Assembly (NCBI GenBank): GCA_021832345.1
Contig: JAKBKY010000001.1
Location: 22,385-86,384 of the forward strand
DNA from: a bacterium
GTDB lineage: Bacteria > Vulcanimicrobiota > Vulcanimicrobiia > Vulcanimicrobiales > Vulcanimicrobiaceae
DNA: 64,000 bases
Reading direction: 5' to 3'
Every line of letters begins with the position of its first letter. Position 1 is the first letter of the stretch. Below, in pieces: positions 28,266 through 37,876 of the stretch. Both the position numbers and the translations under genes were made by a program. The notes under the pieces are model-generated. The model worked only from the letters and a program-made list of their open reading frames with translations, was not told the origin of the DNA and ran no database searches.

Positions 28266-28745
28266 TCATGCGGTGACGCTCTCCTTGATATGTTCGATGC
28301 GCTTAGTCTTGTGGGCTCTGATTGCGCGCGACACGTTCTTAACGATCCGATTGACGGTTTCGGCATCGAGATTTAGGCTTTGGTCGAGCGCGGCGAAGAT
28401 GGCCTGTTCGATGGACGACTTTTTCTTCAGGCGCTCGCCTTCAAGTCGGCGCTCCACGAGCGCAGAAATCGCCGATTCGCGAATACGAACGAGGAGGCGG
28501 AGGTTGTCGGGATCGAGGGCGATGAGGCGCAAGACATCGTCGGCCGCCTTGCTTTGCACGGCCGTACCGTTCTCCCAACGCACGACCGTCTTCGGCCCGG
28601 TCCCAATCGCTTGCTCGAGCTCCGCTTGCGAAAGGCGCAGTGCTTGACGCAGACCACGCACGTCGTCCGACGTCAGTAAGCCCTCGGCGCGGCGACGCGC
28701 GTCGATCAGTTTTCGATGCTGATCCCGCGTTACCGGCATGTTCAA
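28266..28745 (-). CDS. XRE/MqsA-like HTH protein with uncharacterised C-terminal half
   Basis: [40 protein letters not shown], then a coiled C-terminus. Confidence 0.55.
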   Translation of the reverse strand: MNMPVTRDQHRKLIDARRRAEGLLTSDDVRGLRQALRLSQAELEQAIGTGPKTVVRWENGTAVQSKAADDVLRLIALDPDNLRLLVRIRESAISALVERRLEGERLKKKSSIEQAIFAALDQSLNLDAETVNRIVKNVSRAIRAHKTKRIEHIKESVTA

Positions 28746-28964
28746 CCAGCGCTGGCGTATCGGCTGAGAAACTCTCGACTTAGTCAGCGCGAATCTGCAC
28801 GCTGGCCGGAGACAATTACCCTGGCCACACGGTCAGTTGTCGCCGAGCACGGGCCTGCGGCCGAACCCCGGCAACAGCCGGCAGTTTCGCGAAATGCACC
28901 ATGTCCGTGCGGCAGCGGAAAGAAGTATAAGCGCTGCTGTGGCTCAAGCCTGCGCGCCGTTTAG
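28716..28964 (+). CDS. Small SEC-C motif protein ([14 protein letters not shown])
   Basis: C-terminal SecA/YecA-type zinc-binding motif. The start is uncertain; it overlaps the divergent HTH start. Confidence 0.3.
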   Translation: MLIPRYRHVQPALAYRLRNSRLSQRESARWPETITLATRSVVAEHGPAAEPRQQPAVSRNAPCPCGSGKKYKRCCGSSLRAV

Positions 28965-29041
28965 TTCAACCACTTAAGACGGCGGGCGATTTGACACCGT
29001 ATTGACACCCAATGGGGCGAACCGAGGCGAGGTGCCATAAC

Positions 29042-29401
29042 ATGGCTCGCACGTTCAGTGAACTCCGCGCGAAGATGTCGCCAACGGCTCAGATCAAGAG
29101 CGAAGTGATGGCGCGTGATATCTTGCGTCAACTCCCGCTGCAAGAACTGCGCCGTGCCAGCGAGTACTCGCAGCAGACGCTCGCCGATGCCATGGGCGTG
29201 CCGCAATCAGCGATCTCGAAGATTGAACGGCGCACCGATGCGTATGTCAGCACCTTGCGCAAGTACCTTCGCGCGATGGGCGGCGAACTCGAAATCGTTG
29301 CCGCCTTCCCCGACGGCACGCGCGTTGAGATCAAGCAGTTCCAAGACATCGGCGAACCCGCTCCGGAGTTCGTCGACGCATGGCTGATTGGAGGGAGGTG
29401 A
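29042..29401 (+). CDS. XRE-family HTH protein (antitoxin-like), apparently orphan
   Basis: MARTFSELRAKMSP...ELRRASEYSQQTLADAMGVPQSAISKIERRTDAYVSTLRKYLRAMGGELEIV. This is a family typically paired with RelE/HigB-like toxins. No toxin gene is adjacent. Confidence 0.6.
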   Translation: MARTFSELRAKMSPTAQIKSEVMARDILRQLPLQELRRASEYSQQTLADAMGVPQSAISKIERRTDAYVSTLRKYLRAMGGELEIVAAFPDGTRVEIKQFQDIGEPAPEFVDAWLIGGR

Positions 29402-29704
29402 ACAGAGATTACAAGTAAGCGCATCGCAAAGAAGGCGTCAAAGCTTGGCCGCAAAGCTAAGAACCTACGGAAAGAGTACGCAGGCATCGAGAAAGACACG
29501 AAAGCGCTCGCTGCCGCTGACGGTCGGCATCCTCAGTGGCCTGATGTGGCTCCCGTTCTCATGGATGATCGATCATTGGATCGGCATATTTCACAGTGTT
29601 GTTCGCACGGTGTCGATCGTCGCTTTGTGGTACGCGTTCCCCCACGACCGCTTCGTCGTTATCCCTGCGGTGCCGGCCGTGTGCCGACCGCAAAATTGTC
29701 GCTC

Positions 29705-30019
29705 TTATGCGGGGACCCCTTCGCGCGGTTGCACTTCACGGTCGATGATTGCAGCCTTTTCATCCTCAGCCGTCGCGAGATCGTAGTACGCCTGGAGGTT
29801 CATCCAGAACTCGCGGGTGGTGCCGAAGTAGCGCGCGAGCCGCATCGCGGTTTCTGCTGTGACGGATCGCTCCCCCTTCGTGATCGCTGCGATGCGCGAA
29901 GCGGGAACACGGATCGCCATTGCAAGGGCGTTGGGCGTCATCCGCATCGGTTTCAAAAAGTCTTCCCGTAAAATATCGCCCGGATGCGGAGGTGCAATCT
30001 TTACTATTGCTTTTTTCAT
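29705..30019 (-). CDS. higA: HigA-type antitoxin (XRE HTH)
   Basis: GDILREDFLKPMRMTPNALAMAIRVPASRIAAITKGERSVTAETAMRLARYFGTTREFWMNLQ. Confidence 0.8.
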   Translation of the reverse strand: MKKAIVKIAPPHPGDILREDFLKPMRMTPNALAMAIRVPASRIAAITKGERSVTAETAMRLARYFGTTREFWMNLQAYYDLATAEDEKAAIIDREVQPREGVPA

Positions 30020-30031
30020 ACTCTCAATCCC

Positions 30032-30307
30032 TTAGTGAAAATCACCGATCTCGACGTCGTGCGCGTCCTTCCCGTCCCAGCGAAAGCGTATGCGATGCTG
30101 TCGCTCGATGCGGATTTGCCACACGTCGCTCCCGCCGAGTTTCTTAAGCTGGTTCCCCGGCGGTTTCGCGAGGTCGTCGATACGACCGGCGGCATTGATT
30201 TGGGCGAGCTTGCGGATCGCGGCTTCGGCGTATGGAGCGAGGCGCTTCGACGCAACGCGACTCCTAAACAACGCTTCGGCTTCCCGGTCCTTAAAGGACG
30301 CTATCAC
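30032..30307 (-). CDS. higB: HigB-type RelE/ParE-family toxin
   Basis: MIASFKDREAEALF...PPGNQLKKLGGSDVWQIRIERQHRIRFRWDGKDAHDVEIGDFH. Upstream of higA. Confidence 0.8.
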   Translation of the reverse strand: MIASFKDREAEALFRSRVASKRLAPYAEAAIRKLAQINAAGRIDDLAKPPGNQLKKLGGSDVWQIRIERQHRIRFRWDGKDAHDVEIGDFH

Positions 30308-30515
30308 TCGAGTAGTATAGCACGTACAGCGGTGACCACAAGGCGGTAGACGCGCGGCGTAGGCACACCCAAGGGTGTCCGAAGGCGCGTGGGCTCGCGT
30401 GGGTTAAGGAAAGGGGGCCGGCGCTACCCCCCCCCCTACACCGCCTTGACCCTTATGCTTCCAGGCCTTTCGCCTACCTGCTGCAGTAAGTTAACTTAAC
30501 AAAAATACTGCCCAC

Positions 30516-30938
30516 TCAGAACGGGATTTCGTCTTCGGCTTCGTCGTCGATATCACGCACGGCACCGGACGCCGGCGCAGCGCCACCGGCACCGGCGTGC
30601 CCGCCGCCTTCGTCACCGTCGCGGCGCGAGCCGAGCATCTGCATATTGTCGATGACGACTTCGGTGGCTTTACGTTTGTTGCCGTCTTTGTCATCGTAAG
30701 AACGGATGACCAGGCGTCCCTCGACCAGGGTATTTGAACCCTTCTTTAGCCACGTATTGCACGTCTCGCCAAGTTTTTCCCAAGCGATGATGTCGACGAA
30801 CGTCGTTTCCTCTTTATTACGCGGATTGTTGACGGCCAGCGTGAACTTGGTCACGGATTTGCCGGACTGCGTGTAGCGGATCTCGGGATCGCGGGTCAGG
30901 TTACCGACCAGGATGATCCGATTATAGGAGCCTGCCAT
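30516..30938 (-). CDS. ssb: Single-stranded DNA-binding protein
   Basis: OB-fold N-terminus (NRIILVGNLTRDPEIRYT), Gly-rich linker, acidic tail DDEAEDEIPF. Confidence 0.9.
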   Translation of the reverse strand: MAGSYNRIILVGNLTRDPEIRYTQSGKSVTKFTLAVNNPRNKEETTFVDIIAWEKLGETCNTWLKKGSNTLVEGRLVIRSYDDKDGNKRKATEVVIDNMQMLGSRRDGDEGGGHAGAGGAAPASGAVRDIDDEAEDEIPF

Positions 30939-31025
30939 GGTGCCTCTCCTTCAATGGAAATGTGCAAGCGACGGGGAGAGTCTCTCCCACCGGTGTGCCA
31001 CCACTGTGGCACGACGCCGGCGCGT

Positions 31026-31376
31026 CTAGAGCGGGGCTGCGGCAGGGGGCGGAGCGGCCGCCTGCGCGGCCTTCATCGCGGCCAATGCCTGCTTATCGAG
31101 GCTGACCAGCAGCTCGCGCAGGACGTCTTCCTGAAGCTTGAGCTGACGTTCGAGTTCCTTGGCAACGGCCGGCTCGCCGCGAAAGTGCATCGCCACATAC
31201 GAACCCTCGCGCACATCGGCGATGGCGTAGGCCAGGCGTTTCTTGCCGAGCTTCTCGATCGCGACGATCTCGCCGCCTTGGCCGGTGACAATCTCGGCGA
31301 CGCGCGCAGAGTACGCCTCGACATCGCTCTCTTCGAGCGCCGGGCGCAGGATATAGGTGACCTCGTAATCGTTCAT
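31026..31376 (-). CDS. rpsF: 30S ribosomal protein S6
   Basis: MNDYEVTYILRP... S6 signature. Upstream of ssb. Confidence 0.9.
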   Translation of the reverse strand: MNDYEVTYILRPALEESDVEAYSARVAEIVTGQGGEIVAIEKLGKKRLAYAIADVREGSYVAMHFRGEPAVAKELERQLKLQEDVLRELLVSLDKQALAAMKAAQAAAPPPAAAPL

Positions 31377-31607
31377 GGGTTGCCCCCTTCGGACGCCCGT
31401 AACGGACGGCCCGCCGAACGCGGCGGGCAGCGGGTGACGGCCCCTCGAAAGGCGCCGAAAGCGACCCTGACTCTACCACAGCCCGGCCCCTGGCGGCAAG
31501 GACCAACCCCCCATCTAAGGCTCGCGCCGGAGGTTCGTATCGCGCCCTGAAGGGTATGCATACACCACAGCCGCGCACCGCCTCCTGCGGCACAGAAAGA
31601 CGACCTC

Positions 31608-32393
31608 ATGCCGCCATCAGTTCCAATCCTCATTCTCTACTTCGTCGTTTTGTTTCTTTTGGTCTCGTCCGTCAAGGTTCTGCGCCAGTACGAACGCGCC
31701 GTGCTCTTTCAGCTTGGGCGCTTTCGTGCGGTAAGGGGGCCTGGCCTCATCATCGTGGTGCCGTTCATCCAGCAGATCGTTCGCGTGGATCTGCGCGTGG
31801 TGGTCATGGAGGTTCCGAGCCAAGACGTGATCTCGAAAGATAACGTCTCCATAAAGGTCGACGCGGTGCTCTACTTCCGTGTCGCCGACGCGGAGAAGGC
31901 GGTCATCGAGATCGAAAACTATATGGCGGCCACCAATTTGCTCGCTCAGACGACGCTGCGTTCGGTCGTGGGAGAGCATGAGCTCGACCAGCTCCTCTCG
32001 GAACGAAACAAACTCAATGCCGACGTTCAAGCCATCGTGGACTCACGCACGGAAGCGTGGGGACTCAAGGTGAGCCACGTCGAGATCAGAACCGTAGAGC
32101 TCACCGAAAACATGGTTCAGGCGATCGCCAAACAAGCCGAGGCGGAGCGGGACCGGCGCGCGAAGGTCATCCATGCCGACGCCGAGTTCCAAGCCGCCCA
32201 GAAACTCGTGGATGCGGCCAAAATTCTCTCATCGAACGCCGCCGCCATGCAACTGCGCTACCTGCAGACCCTCACGGAGATCGGCGCCGAGCACAACACC
32301 ACCACCGTCTTCCCGATGCCGATCGACATCATCAAACCGTTCCTACAGATCATCGAGCATACCGCCGACGGCACAACGCATCCACCGGCATAG
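31608..32393 (+). CDS. SPFH/band-7 (stomatin-like) membrane protein
   Basis: N-terminal TM plus SPFH domain (VLFQLGRFRAVRGPGLIIVVPFIQ...). Confidence 0.85.
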   Translation: MPPSVPILILYFVVLFLLVSSVKVLRQYERAVLFQLGRFRAVRGPGLIIVVPFIQQIVRVDLRVVVMEVPSQDVISKDNVSIKVDAVLYFRVADAEKAVIEIENYMAATNLLAQTTLRSVVGEHELDQLLSERNKLNADVQAIVDSRTEAWGLKVSHVEIRTVELTENMVQAIAKQAEAERDRRAKVIHADAEFQAAQKLVDAAKILSSNAAAMQLRYLQTLTEIGAEHNTTTVFPMPIDIIKPFLQIIEHTADGTTHPPA

Positions 32394-32467
32394 CAAGAGC
32401 AGCAGCTACTCTCACCACGCACACATCAGCCATATCGCCACCCACTTCCGCGATGGATAACGAGTAT

Positions 32468-33208
32468 CTAGCGAAGAAAGAAGACCGCCGTCATCCCAAA
32501 GCCGATGGTAATGACGACGGCGCGGCCAACCGAGGGATGCAAGCGCCGGAAGAGCCGTGCGCTGAAGTAGCCGCCTAGGAGCGCCATCACGGCCATGGGA
32601 ACGGCGTAGGGCCAGCTCACGATCCGTGCCAGCGCAAAGGGCACCAGCGCGACGCCGTTGATGACCACCGAGAGCACGTTCTTCACGCCGTTGGCGGCAT
32701 TGATGTTGGGCAGCCCCGAGAACGCGAGTACCGCGAGCATCAGGATGCCCATGCCTGCGCCAAAGTAGCCGCCGTAGACGGCGACGCAGAACTGCACCGC
32801 AAACTGCCACGAGCTATGTCGCGGCGTCTGCGGCTTGCGCCCGACCAGCCACGGGCTCAAGGTGAACACGATGGTGGCAAAGAGCAGCAGCCACGGGATC
32901 ATCCGTTCGAAGAGGGTCGGCGGCGTGACCAACAGCAAGAGCGCACCGAGTACCGCACCCACCGCGCTGACGGCCGCGATCGGCAGCAGAATCGCGCGCT
33001 GCGCGGCGATCTCTTCCCTGAAGCCCCGGGCGCTGCCCAGCGTCCCCACCCACATCGCCGCGTTGTTGGTGGCGTTGGCCGAGATCGGCGGCACCCCAAC
33101 GAGCACCAGCGCCGGAAACGAGACGAAGCTGCCGCCGCCGGCGATGCCGTTCATGGCGCCGGCGATCAGGGCGGCCGCCGAGGCCAAGGCCAGGTGCTCC
33201 GGCGTCAA
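32468..33208 (-). CDS. TauE/SafE-family (DUF81) sulfite/anion exporter
   Basis: Two-repeat TM topology with GGG and PPISANATNN motifs. Confidence 0.8.
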   Translation of the reverse strand: MTPEHLALASAAALIAGAMNGIAGGGSFVSFPALVLVGVPPISANATNNAAMWVGTLGSARGFREEIAAQRAILLPIAAVSAVGAVLGALLLLVTPPTLFERMIPWLLLFATIVFTLSPWLVGRKPQTPRHSSWQFAVQFCVAVYGGYFGAGMGILMLAVLAFSGLPNINAANGVKNVLSVVINGVALVPFALARIVSWPYAVPMAVMALLGGYFSARLFRRLHPSVGRAVVITIGFGMTAVFFLR

Positions 33209-33212
33209 TACG

Positions 33213-35381
33213 CTACGAGCTCGCCGCGTTCTTCTCGCGTTTGGTCACGCGATAGACCCGCCGCACGCCCTTCAAGCCTTCGATCTTCGTCAGCAGACGA
33301 TGCAGGTGCTCCAAATCGCGAATCTGCACGGTGAGGCCGGTCACTGCCGTGCCGTCGCGTTTGACGCGCGCGGTCACCGCGCTAACCTGCGTCTTGAGTT
33401 CCGCAAAGACGCCCATGATGTCTTGCAGGAGGAGCGCTCGATCGATGGCCTCGATCTCGATGTCGACCGCGTGGGTAACATCATCGCCCACATCCCAGGA
33501 TGCCTGCAGAATCCGTTCCGGCGTCGCGCTCATGTAGGCGACGTTCGGACAGTCGGCGCGATGGACGCTCACGCCGCGGCCGATCGTCACGTACCCCATG
33601 ATCGGATCTCCAGGCACCGGGCTGCAACACTTTGAAAGGCGCACGAGTACGTCGTCAACGCCGGCGATGCGGATGCCGCTGCGCTTGCGCGCGGTGCGCC
33701 GCGCGGGGACGGCCCGCGTCGCTCGAGCGATCTCCACAACGTTGTGGGCGCTTAGCTCGTCCCGAATGCGGTTGGCTACCGACTGCGCCGAGGCATCGCC
33801 AAAGCCGATCGCAGCGTAGAGATCCGTGGGGCTCGGGTAGTTCATGCGCGCTGCGATGCGCTCGAGCACTTCGCCGCGAGCAAGCTCGGGGCGAAGGTGA
33901 GCCCGCGCAAGTTCAGCTTCCAACGACTCTTGCCCGGCCTGCACGTTCTCTTCACGGCGTTCCTTGCGAAACCACTGCTTGATCTTATGCTTTGCGCTGG
34001 ATGTCTTCACGATCGCGACCCAGTCGAGTGACGGGCGCGCATTCGCCTTGCTGACCAGAATCTCGCAGATGTCGCCGTTCTGCACCTGATAGTCAAGCGG
34101 AACGATACGCCCGTTGACCTTGGCTCCGATGCAGTGGTTGCCGACATCCGTATGGACGGCGTAGGCGAAGTCCAACGGCGTCCCACCGGCTGGAAGCGAG
34201 AAGACGTCTCCGCGTGGCGAGAAGACGAAAACTTGGTTATCGAAGAGGTCGAGTTTGAGGTTCTCCATGAAGGCGCGCGAGTCGCGCATATCCTTCTGCC
34301 ACTCAAGCAGTGCCCGTAGCCACGAAAGCTTGTTCTCGAACTGGTCGGCCTTGCCGCCTTCTTTGTAGCGCCAGTGGGCCGCAATGCCGTACTCGCCGGT
34401 TCGGTGCATCTCCCAGGTGCGAATCTGAATCTCCAGCGGCTCGCCTTGAGGCCCGACCACGGTTGTGTGGAGCGACTGGTACATATTCGGCTTGGGCATG
34501 GCGATGTAATCTTTGAATCGCCCCGGCAGGGGCGTCCAGAGCGCATGCACCGCACCCAGGGCCGCATAGCAATCTTTCACTGAATCCACAATGATGCGGA
34601 TCGCGGTCAGGTCGTAGATCGTGGAGAAGTCGCGACCCTTTTTAAGCTTGGCGTAGATCGAATAAAAGTGTTTGGGCCGGCCTTGAATCTCGGCGTTCAC
34701 CTTCAAGTTGGCAAACTCGGAGCGTAGGGCCAGGATGGCCGCTTTCACATCCGCTTCGCGCTCGCGCCGCGTCTTGGCTACGCGCTCGACGATGTCGCGA
34801 TAGGCCTCAGGATCGAGATAACGCAGACAGCAATCCTCGATCTCCCACTTGATCTTCCAGATGCCGAGGCGATGCGCGATCGGCGCATAGATGTCAAGCG
34901 TTTCGCGCGCGATAGCCTGCTGCTTTGCCGGTGGGAGGCTCGCAAGCGTACGCATGTTGTGGAGGCGATCCGCCAGCTTGATGATGATGACGCGGATGTC
35001 CTTGGCCATCGCCATGAACATCTTGCGCAGATTCTCCACCTGCGCATCTTCCTTGGACTGGTAGGGAATCCGAGTGAGTTTGGTGACGCCTTCCACCAGC
35101 GTCGCGATCTCCTCGCCGAACCGCGCGGCGACCTCGTCGCTGGTGACGATGGTATCCTCGACGACATCGTGCAGCAGTGCTGCCGCGATCGTCTCTCGGT
35201 CCATCTCAAGCTCGGCGAGAATCCCGGCGACGGCGAGGGGATGGCCGATGTAGGACTCGCCCGAAGCTCGCCGCTGCCCCTCGTGCGCGCGGTCGGCCAG
35301 CTCATAGACGCTCTGTAACCACGCCCCGTCGAGGGAGGGGTCGTAGCTGCGGACGCGTTCTGCGAGTTGGGCGATGCTCAT
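33213..35381 (-). CDS. rel: Bifunctional (p)ppGpp synthetase/hydrolase RelA/SpoT family
   Basis: HD hydrolase (HDVVEDT), synthetase (RIKHFYSIYAKL-like), TGS and ACT regions. 722 aa. Confidence 0.9.
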   Translation of the reverse strand: MSIAQLAERVRSYDPSLDGAWLQSVYELADRAHEGQRRASGESYIGHPLAVAGILAELEMDRETIAAALLHDVVEDTIVTSDEVAARFGEEIATLVEGVTKLTRIPYQSKEDAQVENLRKMFMAMAKDIRVIIIKLADRLHNMRTLASLPPAKQQAIARETLDIYAPIAHRLGIWKIKWEIEDCCLRYLDPEAYRDIVERVAKTRREREADVKAAILALRSEFANLKVNAEIQGRPKHFYSIYAKLKKGRDFSTIYDLTAIRIIVDSVKDCYAALGAVHALWTPLPGRFKDYIAMPKPNMYQSLHTTVVGPQGEPLEIQIRTWEMHRTGEYGIAAHWRYKEGGKADQFENKLSWLRALLEWQKDMRDSRAFMENLKLDLFDNQVFVFSPRGDVFSLPAGGTPLDFAYAVHTDVGNHCIGAKVNGRIVPLDYQVQNGDICEILVSKANARPSLDWVAIVKTSSAKHKIKQWFRKERREENVQAGQESLEAELARAHLRPELARGEVLERIAARMNYPSPTDLYAAIGFGDASAQSVANRIRDELSAHNVVEIARATRAVPARRTARKRSGIRIAGVDDVLVRLSKCCSPVPGDPIMGYVTIGRGVSVHRADCPNVAYMSATPERILQASWDVGDDVTHAVDIEIEAIDRALLLQDIMGVFAELKTQVSAVTARVKRDGTAVTGLTVQIRDLEHLHRLLTKIEGLKGVRRVYRVTKREKNAASS

Positions 35382-35456
35382 AGCTATGAGCGCTTATCAT
35401 ACCCTGAGCTGCCCCGGCACGCAAAGCACTCCTGTCGTGCGCGCCGGCACCGGCGA

Positions 35457-35936
35457 CTACTTCTTCTTCGGCATGGCTCCATGGAGGGCACCGAGGTTGC
35501 GCAGATTGTCGGCATAGAGGATACGAGCGATCTTCCCCTTGGGGTCGAGCGCCAAGAGCATATAGACTTTCCCGCTGGCGCAGATCGCGCGGTAGATGTA
35601 GCCGCTCGCACCCGGCGGCATGTGGGCGGCGACCGCCGACCCAACGTACTGAAAGTGCAGGAGGCTGCCGAGCCGGCCAAGCTCTGCGCCGGTCTTGCTG
35701 ACGACCGCGGGCGTCGCCGCAGACGCAAGTTCGCTCGTATAGCGTGTGGTATCGACGCTCCCGAGCTGCCAATCGAGAAACTGACGACGAGCCGTCGCCG
35801 TCACCGCGGGGTTGGCGGTCGGGGCCGGCAGCGGCACGGGCGCCGGTGGGGCTCGATGCGCCGACGCCGGCACGCTCGATCCGCCTGCCGACGCCAGCAG
35901 AAGCACTCCAACCAACGTCGCGCGAGATAGCATCAT
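35457..35936 (-). CDS. Secreted hypothetical protein
   Basis: Signal peptide MMLSRATLVGVLLLASAGG. Confidence 0.45.
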   Translation of the reverse strand: MMLSRATLVGVLLLASAGGSSVPASAHRAPPAPVPLPAPTANPAVTATARRQFLDWQLGSVDTTRYTSELASAATPAVVSKTGAELGRLGSLLHFQYVGSAVAAHMPPGASGYIYRAICASGKVYMLLALDPKGKIARILYADNLRNLGALHGAMPKKK

Positions 35937-36029
35937 AACGTCACTCCGCCTTTTGCCCGAATACTTCGTTGCTCGTCTCCGAACAAAATTCGGCACCAAA
36001 TCCGAAAACAGCTCAACTCCGACAGCCTC

Positions 36030-36542
36030 CTAGTAGTGTAGAAACGAAACGATCTCGGCATTCGGTAGCGCCGCTCGACCGTTCAGGCCATCAAGTTCGA
36101 TCAGAAACGCAAAGGCCTCGATCTTCGCACCGAGCCGTTCGAGTAAGCGTCTGGTGGCCGCAGCGGTGCCTCCGGTTGCCAGCAGATCGTCCACAACGAT
36201 GACCCTCTCTCCCGCGTCGACCGCATCTTCATGGATCTCCAGCGAGTTCGTCCCGTATTCTAGGGCGTACGACTCGGCGAGGCGACTATGCGGCAGCTTG
36301 CCTGGCTTACGTACCGGCACGAACCCGGCACCGATGGCGACGGCGAGCGGCGCTCCAAACATGTAGCCGCGGGACTCGATGGCCACAACGCGGCCGATGC
36401 CGCGTCCCTGGAAACGCTCGACGAAAAGGTCGACTGCGGCGCGATACCCTTGCGCGTCCTGCAATAACGGGGTAATGTCACGGAAAAGGATCCCCGGAAT
36501 CGGAAAGTCGGGGATCGCACGGATCAAACGTTCAAGCTCCAC
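36030..36542 (-). CDS. apt: Adenine phosphoribosyltransferase
   Basis: PRPP-binding motif VIVVDDLLATGGTA. Confidence 0.9.
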   Translation of the reverse strand: MELERLIRAIPDFPIPGILFRDITPLLQDAQGYRAAVDLFVERFQGRGIGRVVAIESRGYMFGAPLAVAIGAGFVPVRKPGKLPHSRLAESYALEYGTNSLEIHEDAVDAGERVIVVDDLLATGGTAAATRRLLERLGAKIEAFAFLIELDGLNGRAALPNAEIVSFLHY

Positions 36543-36623
36543 GGGGCGCGTGGATTCCGTGCGAACCTCAGGCAGGCCTCTTCCGGCTTCTTTGCAGCGC
36601 TACGACCACCAGGAGACACGGCC

Positions 36624-36920
36624 ATGAAGCAACGACTCGGCGCCGCAGCCCTCGTCCTCACGATGATGCTCGGCACGATGGCCCCGGCGCTGGCAAACGG
36701 CGCCGCCAGCACCAGAAACATCCTCCTCCTCGGCACCGCCGCCGGCCTGCTCATCACCAACTACAATCATAAGGTACGGGCCAAGCGCGCCGAACAACAC
36801 GAAGCGGCCCGCCGCCAGACAGCGTACCGCGATTGGTTCTACCACAAGTACGGATACTATCCAACGTACGCGCAGTTCAAGAAGTGGTACTTCGAAACGT
36901 ATCACGTCAACCCCAGCTAA
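36624..36920 (+). CDS. Small secreted protein
   Basis: Signal peptide and aromatic-rich C-terminus. Confidence 0.45.
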   Translation: MKQRLGAAALVLTMMLGTMAPALANGAASTRNILLLGTAAGLLITNYNHKVRAKRAEQHEAARRQTAYRDWFYHKYGYYPTYAQFKKWYFETYHVNPS

Positions 36921-36954
36921 GATCCCACCGACAGGCCGCGCCGAGTCGTCCCGC

Positions 36955-37785
36955 GTGGGATGGCTCGGCGCCTTTGCGGGCGAGTCCAACGGGCGAAGGC
37001 TCCTGGTTGCGCTGGCGCTATCGGTGGCGATCCACGAAGTCGCGATGGCGCTCTTGCCGCCGGTGCTGCCGCCTCCCGGAGAGCCCAAGCGCGCGGCCAC
37101 GCAGATCGCCTTGCTGCAGATCAAACGCCGCCCGCAACCCACGCCGACCCCAACACCGCAACCGCAGCCGACGCCGGTAGCGATCGTGCACACCCGCGTC
37201 ATCGCGCCGGTGGCGACGGTGCTGGTGCATCAGACGCCGGGCAAGGCCGCGCACGCCGAACGCATCCATCATCAAGGGGCGGCACGCCCGAAACCACCGC
37301 ATCTCACCCACGCCACACCGATTCCGCAGGTCGTGCCGACCGGCGGCCAGGGCGCCGGGGCCGGCCATGCCGCGGGAGCCGGAAGCCTTGGCCACGGCGG
37401 CAGCCAAGGCACCGGCAGCGGCGCGAGCGGTACGGGCAGCGGCGGCGGCGGCCAACAGCCCTGCGGCTACGTCGTGTTTATCAACCGGAACGGCCTCTCG
37501 CTCTACGACAAGCAGACCGGCGGCTTCTTCGTCAACATCAAGATGGAGGTGCACTTCCCGGATGGTCGCACGGCCGCCGTCAACCTCGACTACCCGTGGT
37601 ACTACCCGAACCAAGCCGAGAACCCATGGTCGAGGCAGAATCTCGATAATCCCGACTTCCCCGTGACGTTCCAATCGCCGCCGCCGGGCAAGCGCTCGGG
37701 CCAACCGCCGCTCGTGCAATACGTCATGGCGCACTCCACCGCCCACGGCTTCACGCTGCTACGCCAGTGCCCTAAGGCGCCGTAG
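36955..37785 (+). CDS. Secreted Pro/Gly-rich protein
   Basis: Signal/TM N-terminus, PTPTPTPQPQPTP linker, G-rich region, globular C-terminal domain. Confidence 0.45.
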   Translation: MGWLGAFAGESNGRRLLVALALSVAIHEVAMALLPPVLPPPGEPKRAATQIALLQIKRRPQPTPTPTPQPQPTPVAIVHTRVIAPVATVLVHQTPGKAAHAERIHHQGAARPKPPHLTHATPIPQVVPTGGQGAGAGHAAGAGSLGHGGSQGTGSGASGTGSGGGGQQPCGYVVFINRNGLSLYDKQTGGFFVNIKMEVHFPDGRTAAVNLDYPWYYPNQAENPWSRQNLDNPDFPVTFQSPPPGKRSGQPPLVQYVMAHSTAHGFTLLRQCPKAP

Positions 37786-37876
37786 CGCAATCGTGGTGCC
37801 GTCACCTCGGGCACAAGTCTAGCCGTGCGGCCACCTCGCGGCAGTAGGTCATCGACTTACTCGCTCAGGAGGCCTC

